Shown here one piece after another: positions 1 through 9,425 of a DNA stretch of 64,000 nt. The stretch comes from Bacteroidales bacterium (GTDB lineage Bacteria; Bacteroidota; Bacteroidia; Bacteroidales; UBA12077): assembly GCA_028282585.1 (NCBI GenBank), contig JANQHR010000049.1, positions 20,626 through 84,625 of the forward strand, given 5' to 3'. The notes under the pieces are model-generated. The model saw only the letters and a program-made list of their open reading frames with translations, made no database searches and was not told where the DNA came from. A program made the translations under genes and the position numbers. Position 1 is the first letter of the stretch, and each line of letters opens with the position of its first letter.

Positions 1-1011
1 ATTGTCGGAATAATTTTCAGCGAAGACATTTTTGTATTTTTAAAACTTCCGGAAGAAATTATTCCGCAAGCAAAAGTATATTTCAATATTTTTATTGGTG
101 GTGTTATTGTTTCGTTTGGTTTTAATGGTACTAGTGCGATATTGCGCGGATTAGGCGATTCAAAAACTCCATTATATTTTTTAATTGTATCAACGTTTGC
201 CAATATAGCATTTGATTTATTATTTGTGCTGGTTTTTAAATGGGGAATAGCAGGTGTAGCAATTGCTTCTGTTTTAGCCCAGGGAGGTGCTTTTTTAACA
301 GCAATCATCTACTTGAATCGAAAACATGAAATCATTCAATTTTCTTTAACTAAACTCGTTTTTGATAAGATAATCTTCAAGAAAAGTTTACGAATCGGGC
401 TGCCAACCGGAATACAACAAACTTTTGTTGCTATCGGTATGACTGCCTTAATTGGAATTGTTAACAGATTTGGCACCGATGTAATTGCAGCATACTCTGT
501 TGTTATGCGAATTGGGTCATTGGCAACATTACCTGCAATGAATTTTGCTCAGGCATTAGGAACATTTGTTGGTCAGAATATTGGAGCTCACAAAATGGAA
601 AGAGTGAATACAGGACTTATTGCAACATTAAAAATGTCATCAATCGTATCTTTAGCTGTTTCTGCATTTGTACTTTTAGGTGCAACTTTCTTAATGAACT
701 TATTTACTAACGATACAGAAGTTATTAGAATTGGCAGGGAATATCTTTTAATTGTAGGAGGATTTTATGTTGTATTTTCTGCTATGTTTACCATTTCAGG
801 GGTGATGCGAGGTGCAGGAGACACATTAATTCCAATGTTTTTCTCGTTAATATCGCTTTGGTTTATAAGAATTCCGGGTGCCTGGATTTTATCTGATCAT
901 TTCGGAGAAATTGGAATTTGGTGGTCGATGCCTATAGGATGGCTGGTTGGGCTTATACTTTCATTTGCTTATTATTTAACAGGAAATTGGAAAAAGAAAG
1001 CCATCATTTAA
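1..1011 (+). CDS. MATE family efflux transporter (5' truncated by window edge)
   Basis: Frame is open from base 1 (IVGIIFSEDIF...). Two MATE repeat motifs (LRGLGDSKTP, MRGAGDTLIP), GQNIGA motif, many TM segments. Confidence 0.9.
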   Translation: MVGIIFSEDIFVFLKLPEEIIPQAKVYFNIFIGGVIVSFGFNGTSAILRGLGDSKTPLYFLIVSTFANIAFDLLFVLVFKWGIAGVAIASVLAQGGAFLTAIIYLNRKHEIIQFSLTKLVFDKIIFKKSLRIGLPTGIQQTFVAIGMTALIGIVNRFGTDVIAAYSVVMRIGSLATLPAMNFAQALGTFVGQNIGAHKMERVNTGLIATLKMSSIVSLAVSAFVLLGATFLMNLFTNDTEVIRIGREYLLIVGGFYVVFSAMFTISGVMRGAGDTLIPMFFSLISLWFIRIPGAWILSDHFGEIGIWWSMPIGWLVGLILSFAYYLTGNWKKKAII

Positions 1012-1074
1012 TTTTGAGTATTACTAATTTATTTTATAGTAATTAAGGATATAATACAGCTTTTATTATAAAAC

Positions 1075-1110
1075 AGTAAAGGGAACCAATCGAGCTGATT
1101 AGTCCCCTTT
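1075..1110 (-). terminator. Intrinsic terminator of the minus-strand 1686->1075 unit
   Basis: Minus strand GGGGACTAATC-AGCTC-GATTGGTTCCC followed by TTTACTGTTTT. The two G-U pairs only work on the minus strand. Confidence 0.75.
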
Positions 1111-1686
1111 AACAATAGAAAACTAAAAGTTTTCCATGTACCAGATTACTGTTATTATGGTTGGCACAACAATTAAAGATTAAATCTTTAGTTATTAGCC
1201 CTGAACCTGCTAACCATTCCAACTAAGGATTGGTTTTTTGGTTGTTCGTTGGTTAAACTTTTAAGAAAAACTTCACGAACGAAGTGCCATAATGTAAGCC
1301 TATTGATTTGCTCAGTTCTTAATTGCTTATACATTGGGGTCTCCCTTGCGGAATTCCTTTTATGCATAATGTACTTAAGTTCTTTGCTTAATCTTTGTAA
1401 ACCTTCACATGTAATCCGAAGATTATTTAAAGGTTTCAGCAATATTTTCAAAGTCATGAACGATCGCTCGTCTATTTTGTAATTATTGCTGCTTACAGCT
1501 CAATCTGTTAAAGAACGCTAGGCGCTTTTTTGAGACTGATCGAACCTCTTGGAACAAGTCTTTAAGATTCAAACTTCGGCTCTTGGGGTAAGCAATTTTA
1601 AAAATTGTACGATCAGCTAAAAATACAACTAAGTACCTTTCTCCTCTCCCTACCTTTCCGAGCAACCTTTTATCTCTCACCTGGTA
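1075..1686 (-). ncRNA. Candidate large structured non-coding RNA (~600 nt)
   Basis: Bounded by a TATATTTG promoter and a terminator. The 5' end TACCAGGT (1686-1679) pairs with ATCTGGTA (1146-1139). Two UUCG and two GNRA hairpins plus several long-range helices; no credible ORF. Confidence 0.65.
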
Positions 1687-1689
1687 GAA

Positions 1690-1697
1690 CAAATATA
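1690..1697 (-). promoter_or_regulatory. Bacteroidota primary-sigma -7 element
   Basis: TATATTTG matches TAnnTTTG and sits a few nt upstream of the predicted RNA 5' helix. Confidence 0.65.
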
Positions 1698-1997
1698 CGA
1701 ACAGGTAGAATTATACTAAAATTTTTTCGCCTGTTTTAGTTAACTTCTTATCAACCAATGTTTTCAACAATTGTTAATTACTCTATAACGTTTGTCGTGC
1801 TTAGGTTTTAAACCAGTATTAAGTTCAATATTTGAGGTTATTAACAATATAGATATTTATTCAACACGACGATAAATTATTAATTTGTAAAATAATTTTA
1901 TTTAAGTTCTTTACGAAAAAATCTATTCAGATTAATAGTTAAATGTTATTAGAAATACAAATTATTCCTTGACCCCTTAACTATATAACTTATTTAT

Positions 1998-2005
1998 TAC
2001 CTTTG
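1998..2005 (+). promoter_or_regulatory. Bacteroidota -7 promoter element for yicC-gmk-nadD
   Basis: TACCTTTG about 30 nt upstream of the ATG at 2037. Confidence 0.6.
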
Positions 2006-2036
2006 CCCTATAAATTCAATTATAGGAAATAATAAT

Positions 2037-2909
2037 ATGATAAAATCTATGACCGGCTATGGAAAAGCCGAATGTGAATTAAGAGATCGAAAAATTATTG
2101 TTGAAATAAAATCTTTAAATAGTAAAAATCTGGATCTACATACTAAAATCCCCGGAATTTACCGAGAAAAGGAACTTGATATCAGAAATCATATTTCGAA
2201 GAAGTTATTACGTGGTAAAGTAGAGTTTGTATTGTATTATGAAGTTTCAGATGAAAATAAGGCGACCACTATAAACTCGGGTGTAATTAAAAATTATGTA
2301 AATCAATTAAAAGAAATTGCCACAGAATTAAATCTTCAATCGGAACAGTTATTACAAATGGCTATTCGATTACCCGATACCTTGAATACTGAAAAAGAAG
2401 AAATAGATGAAAATGAGTGGAAAATTGTCATTTCTACTATTGAAACTGCTCTTGACCAACTGGATAGTTTTAGAACACAAGAGGGTAAATATCTAAAAGA
2501 TGATATAGAACAAAGAATAAAAGCTATAGAAGAAAGGAAAAATGAGATCACTCCTTTTGAACTTAATAGGACCGAAAAAATAAAATCCAAACTAAAAGAA
2601 GGCTTAAACAAATCCTTTGATGAAAAAGAATACGATAAAAACAGGTTTGAACAAGAATTGATATATTATCTAGAAAAACTTGACATTACAGAAGAAAAAG
2701 TTCGATTAACAAATCATTGCAACTATTTCTTGGAAATGCTAAATGAACCTGAATCAAATGGCAAAAAGCTAGGTTTTATAAGCCAAGAAATTGGTCGTGA
2801 AATAAATACAATCGGATCAAAAGCTAACGATTCAGATATTCAAAAACTTGTTGTTTTAATGAAAGATGAATTGGAGAAAATTAAAGAGCAAATGCTTAAT
2901 ATTCTTTAA
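2037..2909 (+). CDS. yicC: YicC/YloC family endoribonuclease
   Basis: N-terminal SMTGYG; C-terminal KLDITEE..RL..H, GKKLGFISQEIGREINTIGSK; typical position upstream of gmk. Confidence 0.93.
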   Translation: MIKSMTGYGKAECELRDRKIIVEIKSLNSKNLDLHTKIPGIYREKELDIRNHISKKLLRGKVEFVLYYEVSDENKATTINSGVIKNYVNQLKEIATELNLQSEQLLQMAIRLPDTLNTEKEEIDENEWKIVISTIETALDQLDSFRTQEGKYLKDDIEQRIKAIEERKNEITPFELNRTEKIKSKLKEGLNKSFDEKEYDKNRFEQELIYYLEKLDITEEKVRLTNHCNYFLEMLNEPESNGKKLGFISQEIGREINTIGSKANDSDIQKLVVLMKDELEKIKEQMLNIL

Positions 2910-2911
2910 TT

Positions 2912-3478
2912 ATGGAAGGTAAATTATTCATATTTTCAGCCCCTTCCGGTTCTGGAAAAACTACCATAGTCCAAAATCTTCTCAAAAAAGATTTAAACCT
3001 TGAATTTTCAATTTCTGCAACTAGTCGACCAAGAAGAAAAAACGAAGTTGATGAAAAGGATTATTATTTTCTAACTACAGATAATTTTAAAGCTAAAATT
3101 GAGAAAGACGAATTTGTTGAATGGGAGGAAGTTTATGAGAATCGATTTTATGGAACTTTAAAAACTGAGGTAGAACGCATTTGGTCGCAAGGAAAACATG
3201 TTATTTTTGATGTTGATGTGATTGGCGGTCTTAATATAAAAAATAAGTTTCTAAATAGAGCCTTATCAATATTTATAATGCCACCAAGTATGGAAGAGCT
3301 GGAAAAAAGACTTATTCTTAGATCAACTGACAGTAACGAGGATATTGAAACCAGACTAGACAAAGCCAATGAGGAGTTAAGTTATGCCGACAGATTTGAT
3401 GTTATTATAATTAACGACAAACTTGAAAAAGCAATTAAAAAAGCTGAAACCACAATCAAAAAATTCATAACTAGTTAA
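2912..3478 (+). CDS. gmk: Guanylate kinase
   Basis: P-loop APSGSGKTT, SISATSRPRR, DYYF, YGT motifs. Confidence 0.96.
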   Translation: MEGKLFIFSAPSGSGKTTIVQNLLKKDLNLEFSISATSRPRRKNEVDEKDYYFLTTDNFKAKIEKDEFVEWEEVYENRFYGTLKTEVERIWSQGKHVIFDVDVIGGLNIKNKFLNRALSIFIMPPSMEELEKRLILRSTDSNEDIETRLDKANEELSYADRFDVIIINDKLEKAIKKAETTIKKFITS

Positions 3479-3480
3479 AA

Positions 3481-4053
3481 ATGAGAGTTGGATTATACTT
3501 TGGTTCATTTAATCCTATTCATATCGGTCATTTAGCCATTGCAAATTACATGGTTGAGTATAGTGACATGGATGAAGTCTGGTTAGTAATAAGTCCACAA
3601 AATCCTTTAAAGAAGAAAAGTACACTGCTAAATGAATATGATCGATTAAGGATGGTCGAATTAGCTTTACAAGATGATTTAAGAATAAAGCCTTGTAATA
3701 TTGAGTTCAGATTACCAAAACCGTCTTATACTATTGATACATTAACTTATTTGCGCGAAAGAAATCCTAAAGTTGATTTTATTTTGATCGCTGGCACTGA
3801 TAATTTTCAATCATTCCATAAATGGAAAAATTACGAAGAAATATTGAAGCAATATCAACTATATATATATCCCCGACCCGGCTCTGATTTAGGTGAATAT
3901 AGAGATCATAGCGGTATTAAGTTAATTAATGCACCTTTAATGGAAATTTCTTCGAGTTTTATTCGAGATGCAATTAAAAACAATAAGGATGTACGTTACT
4001 TTTTACCAAAAGAAGTTTATAGCTATATTGAAAAAATGAATCTTTACAAATAA
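3481..4053 (+). CDS. nadD: Nicotinate-nucleotide adenylyltransferase
   Basis: GSFNPIHIGH (HxGH), SYTIDTL, ISSSFIR motifs. Confidence 0.96.
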   Translation: MRVGLYFGSFNPIHIGHLAIANYMVEYSDMDEVWLVISPQNPLKKKSTLLNEYDRLRMVELALQDDLRIKPCNIEFRLPKPSYTIDTLTYLRERNPKVDFILIAGTDNFQSFHKWKNYEEILKQYQLYIYPRPGSDLGEYRDHSGIKLINAPLMEISSSFIRDAIKNNKDVRYFLPKEVYSYIEKMNLYK

Positions 4054-5096
4054 TGGGGTTACTTGTATTATATTTTTTAATTGCAGTAATTGTATCTTTT
4101 ATTTGCTCTATAATGGAAGCATCGCTTTTAAGCGTAACTCCAACATTTTTAGCTGGAAAAATAAGCGAGGGAAAAAACTTTGCTAAATCTTTGAAAAAAC
4201 TAAAAGAAAAAATTGACACTCCATTAGCAGCAATATTAACTATTAACACTTTTGCAAATACAGTTGGAGCTGTAGGTGTTGGTGTGCAAGCACAAAAGTT
4301 GTGGGGAAACGAATATTTATCTATAGTATCGGGTACATTAACTGTTTCAATACTTATATTTTCAGAAATTATTCCAAAAACTGTTGGTGCAAGTTATTGG
4401 AAAAATATTACTCCTGTTATTCCATATTTTTTAAGCGCAATGATCTATTCTCCGTTTTATCCTATAATTATTTTAGCAAGATTTATAACTAAAGCGCTTA
4501 AAAAGGATGAACATCAGGATGTCTTGAGTCGTTCTGAATTCCATGCCATGGCAGAAATTAGTGTAAAAGAAGGTATTTTTAAAAAAGAAGAATCTAAGAT
4601 TCTTATGAATCTAATGGTATTCAATAAAATTGACGTAAAAGCCATTTTAACCCCAAGGACTGTTGTTTTTACTGCAAAGCAAACAGAAACCGTTAAAGAT
4701 TTTATTCAAAGTAACGATAAAATCAGGTTCTCCAGAATTCCCATTTGCAATAAAGATATAGAGAATATTACAGGTTATGTCCTAAAAGATGATATCATGC
4801 AGTATATGATTGAAAAGAAGCATGATAAAAAACTGGAAAGTTTACGAAGAGAAATAAAAGTTGTTAACGAGCAAATGCCGATAATTAGATTATTTTATAA
4901 ATTAATTGAAGACAAAGAACATATTGCAATGGTTGTGGGTGAATATGGAGAAATGGTCGGTATTGTCACTATGGAAGATATTATTGAAACCTTATTGGGA
5001 ACCGAAATTATGGATGAATTCGATAATGTTGCTGATATGCAGGAGTTAGCAAAAAAAGTTTGGGAACGTAAATCTCGCAGATTAAGTCTTAAATAA
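4053..5096 (+). CDS. CNNM/DUF21-CBS domain membrane protein (CorC/HlyC-like)
   Basis: N-terminal TM region with SEIIPK, TPR, FSRIP and GIVTMEDIIETLLG CBS-pair motifs. Start overlaps the nadD stop (TAATG). Confidence 0.9.
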   Translation: MGLLVLYFLIAVIVSFICSIMEASLLSVTPTFLAGKISEGKNFAKSLKKLKEKIDTPLAAILTINTFANTVGAVGVGVQAQKLWGNEYLSIVSGTLTVSILIFSEIIPKTVGASYWKNITPVIPYFLSAMIYSPFYPIIILARFITKALKKDEHQDVLSRSEFHAMAEISVKEGIFKKEESKILMNLMVFNKIDVKAILTPRTVVFTAKQTETVKDFIQSNDKIRFSRIPICNKDIENITGYVLKDDIMQYMIEKKHDKKLESLRREIKVVNEQMPIIRLFYKLIEDKEHIAMVVGEYGEMVGIVTMEDIIETLLGTEIMDEFDNVADMQELAKKVWERKSRRLSLK

Positions 5097-5098
5097 AA

Positions 5099-5126
5099 AC
5101 TCGCAGGGCTTTTAAACCCTGCGAGT
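5099..5126. repeat. REP-like palindrome / possible terminator
   Basis: ACTCGCAGGG-CTTTTAAA-CCCTGCGAGT perfect 10-bp inverted repeat right after the operon stop. Confidence 0.65.
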
Positions 5127-5419
5127 GCTTCATCTCTTGATCTTACGAATCATTCTATCTTACAATAACTTAAAATAAATTAATCAATCATCAACCTTAT
5201 CAACTTATTTTCTAGATTAAGAGATGTTCAACTACAACAGCAAGATATTAAATATTTTTAACCCCAACCACCAATATTTTAAATAATCACCTCACTGTTA
5301 AAATCCAAATAACAAAAAGAAATCTTAATTGGATAGAATAATCTTACCATTACTCTCTTTTCGAGATATTTAAACAATATAGTTATTTAAATGTTCAATC
5401 TTAAATAAACTTTAAATTT

Positions 5420-5998
5420 ATGAAACTAAATATTGCAATTATCTATGGATCTGTTAGATCTGACAGACAGGGAGTTAGATCAGTTAATTTCTTTTTGAAA
5501 AAATTATCGGAAAGAGGTGTGGATACCGAATTTATAGATCCTATTAAATTTCCTCTTCCATTACTCGATAAAATGTATAAAGAGTATAATCCCGAGAAGG
5601 CTCCTGTTAATATGAGAAAGATCTCAGAGATTTTAACTAAAGCAGATGGGTTTTTAATAATTACCGGAGAATACAATCATAGTATTCCTTCAGCTTTGAA
5701 AAACCTGCTAGATCATTTTCAAGGGGAGTATTTTTTTAAACCAAGTGCAATTGTTTCATATTCCGCAGGTAATTATGCAGGAGTAAGATCTGCGGTACAC
5801 TTAAGAGCTATTTTAGGAGAACTGGGAACACCGAGTATATCATCCATGTTCCCAATCGCACAAATTCAAAAGGCATTTGATAATGATGGTAATGCCCTTA
5901 ATGATATTTATGAAAAAAGATCAAAAAGATTTTTAGATGAGCTTATTTGGTATACACAGGCTCTAAAAAAAGCAAGAGAAAAAGGCGTTCCTTATTAA
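5420..5998 (+). CDS. NADPH-dependent FMN reductase family protein
   Basis: GSVRSDR, GEYNHSIPSALKNLLD, KPSAIVSYSAG motifs. Confidence 0.9.
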   Translation: MKLNIAIIYGSVRSDRQGVRSVNFFLKKLSERGVDTEFIDPIKFPLPLLDKMYKEYNPEKAPVNMRKISEILTKADGFLIITGEYNHSIPSALKNLLDHFQGEYFFKPSAIVSYSAGNYAGVRSAVHLRAILGELGTPSISSMFPIAQIQKAFDNDGNALNDIYEKRSKRFLDELIWYTQALKKAREKGVPY

Positions 5999-6096
5999 TT
6001 CATAATTAGGTGCTAGTATAATGTTTTTTATAAAGTCTACAAATTGTTTTCATAAAAAACATTATGTAGGTTTGCTCATCATATTATTCGCACAAC

Positions 6097-7188
6097 ATGA
6101 ATTTTGATCATTTAATATCACCAACACTGATCCTTGATAAAAAGAAATGTTTAAGCAATATTAAATTCATGGCTAACAAGGCAAAAAAGCATGGATTAAT
6201 ATTTAGGCCACATTTTAAAACTCATCAGTCAAGAATAATTGGAAGTTGGTTTAAACAGTTTGGAGTAAATAAAATAACCGTATCTTCTGTACAAATGGCT
6301 AAATATTTTTCCAACGACTGGAAAGATATAACAATTGCTTTTCCCTTAAATATTCGTGAAATTGATTCGATAAATATGTTAGCAAAAGAAATCCAATTAA
6401 ATCTTTGTATTGAAAATCTAGAGTCAATTGATTTTTTGATAAAAAAATTAAAATTTAAAGTTGGTTTTTTTATTAAAATAGATACCGGATATAACAGAAC
6501 TGGCATTGCAAATGATCAGTATGAAGTTATAGATGAAATCTTAAAAAAAGAAAGACTTTCAGAAAAGGTTAACTTTTTAGGCTTTTTATCACATGCCGGG
6601 CATACATATCAAGCTAAAAATCCTGGTGAGGTTTTAGATATCCATAAAGATACTCTTGATAAATTATCGGTATTAAAAAATTATTATTTCGAAGAATATC
6701 CTGAGCTTGTAGTATCAATTGGTGATACTCCCTCTTGCAGTATTTCGGAAGAGTTTGATAATATTAATGAAATACGTCCCGGAAATTTTGTTTTTTATGA
6801 TTTAATGCAACTTAATTTGGGTTCTTGTAAGTTTGATCAAATTGGAATTGCCTTGGCCTGCCCTGTTGTTGCCAAGCATACTAACAGAAATGAAATAATT
6901 ATTCATGGAGGAGCTGTACATTTCTCAAAAGAAAGTATTAAGATTAACAACAGTGTTGTTTATGGCATATTGGTAAAACTTAACAAAGGTGGTTGGAAAA
7001 ATTATCCTGAAGCTTTTTATGTAACCAAACTATCTCAAGAACATGGAACTCTTAAAGTGAATGGTAAATTATTGCATGAAATAAAAATTGGAGAAATGAT
7101 TGGAGTAATTCCCGTCCACTCATGCCTAACACCTAATTTAATGCAAAAATATTTATCAACAGAAGATGAATTTATAGACACATTATAG
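6097..7188 (+). CDS. PLP-dependent fold-type III enzyme, D-threonine aldolase/D-serine dehydratase (DSD1) family
   Basis: RPHFKTH PLP-lysine motif, IDTGYNRTG, HAGH, EIRPGNFVFYD, SQEHG, PVHSC. TAGGTTTG promoter motif at 6067-6074. Confidence 0.85.
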   Translation: MNFDHLISPTLILDKKKCLSNIKFMANKAKKHGLIFRPHFKTHQSRIIGSWFKQFGVNKITVSSVQMAKYFSNDWKDITIAFPLNIREIDSINMLAKEIQLNLCIENLESIDFLIKKLKFKVGFFIKIDTGYNRTGIANDQYEVIDEILKKERLSEKVNFLGFLSHAGHTYQAKNPGEVLDIHKDTLDKLSVLKNYYFEEYPELVVSIGDTPSCSISEEFDNINEIRPGNFVFYDLMQLNLGSCKFDQIGIALACPVVAKHTNRNEIIIHGGAVHFSKESIKINNSVVYGILVKLNKGGWKNYPEAFYVTKLSQEHGTLKVNGKLLHEIKIGEMIGVIPVHSCLTPNLMQKYLSTEDEFIDTL

Positions 7189-7229
7189 GGAAATCATTGT
7201 ACAGTTTATCTTAAATATAAAGATATAAA

Positions 7230-7916
7230 ATGTATACTATGAAATATATTTTTTCATTAATAATAGTTATAATATCCATTCAAAATTTACTTTCTCAGAG
7301 CTCTACAGTTCATTCAATCGATAAACTCAATGGATCGCTCAAAGTGCTATCAACAAACAAAGGTTATAAAGGTAGTCCTTTTATTTATGATCAATTTATG
7401 AATAGTAAAGTTTATCTAAAATCTGAAGATAAGGCAATTGATTATTTATTAAATTACAATGCCTACGAGGAACAAATTGAATATAAAGTCGATGGCAAAA
7501 CTTTTTACGTTACTAATCCAAAGCAAATAAAAAAGATTGAAGTAAATAATGAAACAATCGTGTATAAAAAATTCTATAATTACGATCAGCTTAAAGAGGG
7601 GTATTTTATAGAGCTAATTGACGATTTTATAAGTTTATATAAGAAAGAAACTATATCTGCAATGCCATTAAAAAAAGTTACACGCGTTAACTCACCTGAA
7701 AACAATAAAATATTTATTAGGGAGAAACCTATATACTACATATCCATTTATGGCGACCCTTTGCTTTTAATAAAGAATAAAAAAATGTTATTAGAAGTGT
7801 TATTTAATAACCAAGATTTAAAAAACTTTCTTAAGGATGAAAAAGTTAAATTGCACTTAGAAGACGATTTAAAAAAATTAGTCACTTTCCTAAATAACTA
7901 CGACAAAATTCAATAA
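7230..7916 (+). CDS. Hypothetical exported protein
   Basis: Signal-peptide-like N-terminus; KGSPF...LNYNAY pattern seen in uncharacterised Bacteroidota proteins. Confidence 0.65.
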   Translation: MYTMKYIFSLIIVIISIQNLLSQSSTVHSIDKLNGSLKVLSTNKGYKGSPFIYDQFMNSKVYLKSEDKAIDYLLNYNAYEEQIEYKVDGKTFYVTNPKQIKKIEVNNETIVYKKFYNYDQLKEGYFIELIDDFISLYKKETISAMPLKKVTRVNSPENNKIFIREKPIYYISIYGDPLLLIKNKKMLLEVLFNNQDLKNFLKDEKVKLHLEDDLKKLVTFLNNYDKIQ

Positions 7917-7924
7917 TAAAATTA

Positions 7925-8022
7925 AGAAGCCCGGGACTTTCCCGGGCCTTATAAGTCGGTGGAACTCTCATCCACATACTAACGTACCCGGCGTGGCGAC
8001 TCTTTTTCTTCAATACGTTTAT
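7925..8022 (-). ncRNA. Candidate ~100-nt small RNA
   Basis: GC-rich island with AGTCG/CGACT stem, preceded by TATATTTA (8034-8027) and ending in hairpin GCCCGGGA-AAG-TCCCGGGC followed by TTCTT. Confidence 0.4.
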
Positions 8023-8099
8023 GTTGTAAATATAAGCTAACTAAAATTGTTATTACTACTATTACACTTACATTTATGTTAAATAATTGTTTAGTGTTA

Positions 8100-9425
8100 T
8101 TAAAACGATAAAGTGAATATTGTCCCTTTTTCTTTATTAGATTGAACATCAATACCTCCATTGTGTAAAACCATTACTTGTCGTGCAAAAGATAAACCAA
8201 TTCCGGAACCGTCCTCATAAGTTGAAAAAAAAGGAACAAATATTTTATCTAAAATTTCAGTATTTATTCCTTTACCATTATCACAAACTTTGATATAAAC
8301 TTTCTTATTTTCTAAAAAAGCTGACTCTATTTCCAGAATTTTATTATTTTTTTTATCAAGTGCCTTTATAGAGTTTAGTATCAAATTAACAATAACCTGA
8401 GTAATCAACTTTTCATCTGCTATAACTGAAATATTTTCAGGATTAATTTTAATTTTTGTATTAATATTATGCTTTTCGAACTCTTTACTCATCAATTGAA
8501 CTATATTCTCGAGAAGGTTTTTAATCTGGACACGCTCGTAAACAGGCTTCTGAATTTGAGTAAGGTTTTTATATGATTCAACGAAATCCAATAGACCTTT
8601 ACTCCTTTTTTCAATTGCATTTAATCCTTTTATCAAGCTTTCATCATTATGTTCATTTTTAACATTGGATTCTAAAACCTTTTTCATGCTGTAAGTTAGT
8701 GATTTAATAGGAGTTACAGAATTCATAATTTCATGAGTTAAAACCTTGATTAGTTTTTGCCAACCTTCCAGTTCACTTTGTTCAAGTTGAGTTTTAATGT
8801 CTTGTAAACTAACTAATTTAATTTGTTTTTCTCCAATTTTTAAATTCGTTGATTTTGCCAAAATATGCAATTGGTCAATGGTTGTATTTAACTTAATAAT
8901 TTTGCTTTGACCTGGTAATAAACCTTTTAACTCCTCACCTATTTGTCCAATTTCTGTATTTAAGTTATCAATATGATTCAGTTTTCTAACGCCTAAAATA
9001 GATTTAGCGGCTGCGTTCATAATCTCTACATTTCCAACTTCATTAAAGCTTATTATTCCGACATCAATATTTTCTAGAGTATATTGAAAATATTGATAAT
9101 GGGATTCCTTTGCTAACCATGCTTCCTTTAACTGATTTGTTATTTTATTATATGTTATATTTAACTGATCAAAAGACAAGCCCGAAGAATCTTTTACAGC
9201 AACATTCTCAACATATTTAATAGCATCTAAAAATTTTAAAAGATCTCGATTCGTTTTATTCAGGTAACTAAGGAGAAAGAGAAAAAAAACTATAAAAAGT
9301 ACGCCTATTACAAGCTTTGTAATAATTAACTGACTTGAACTAAAAGACCAAAAAAATCCAAATCCTAACAAAGAAAGAACAACTAAGTATAAAAATAGCT
9401 TAATAATATATTTACCCGAGCCCAT
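8100..9425 (-). CDS. Sensor histidine kinase (NtrY-like, PAS-containing)
   Basis: H-box LTHEIMNS, N-box QVIVNLILNS, G-boxes DNGKGI and GSGIGL. Likely start is ATG at 9425 (MGSGK), overlapping the regulator stop. Confidence 0.9.
   Translation of the reverse strand: MGSGKYIIKLFLYLVVLSLLGFGFFWSFSSSQLIITKLVIGVLFIVFFLFLLSYLNKTNRDLLKFLDAIKYVENVAVKDSSGLSFDQLNITYNKITNQLKEAWLAKESHYQYFQYTLENIDVGIISFNEVGNVEIMNAAAKSILGVRKLNHIDNLNTEIGQIGEELKGLLPGQSKIIKLNTTIDQLHILAKSTNLKIGEKQIKLVSLQDIKTQLEQSELEGWQKLIKVLTHEIMNSVTPIKSLTYSMKKVLESNVKNEHNDESLIKGLNAIEKRSKGLLDFVESYKNLTQIQKPVYERVQIKNLLENIVQLMSKEFEKHNINTKIKINPENISVIADEKLITQVIVNLILNSIKALDKKNNKILEIESAFLENKKVYIKVCDNGKGINTEILDKIFVPFFSTYEDGSGIGLSFARQVMVLHNGGIDVQSNKEKGTIFTLSF

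Noticed and set aside
1075-1686. Identification of the structured region as RNase P RNA, tmRNA, SRP RNA or an rRNA fragment
   Set aside because: I found no GAGGAAAGUCC P4 motif, no tRNA-like ends with CCA, no SRP domain IV loop and no rRNA-conserved blocks.
1188-1692. Three short ORFs (89, 77 and 69 aa) in the MATE-yicC spacer
   Set aside because: They overlap on opposite strands, have no recognisable motifs, and the region is better explained by RNA structure.
6018-6065. 13-bp AT-rich inverted repeat (ATAATGTTTTTTA/TAAAAAACATTAT)
   Set aside because: Low complexity in AT-rich DNA. It could be a weak terminator or operator, but nothing else supports it.
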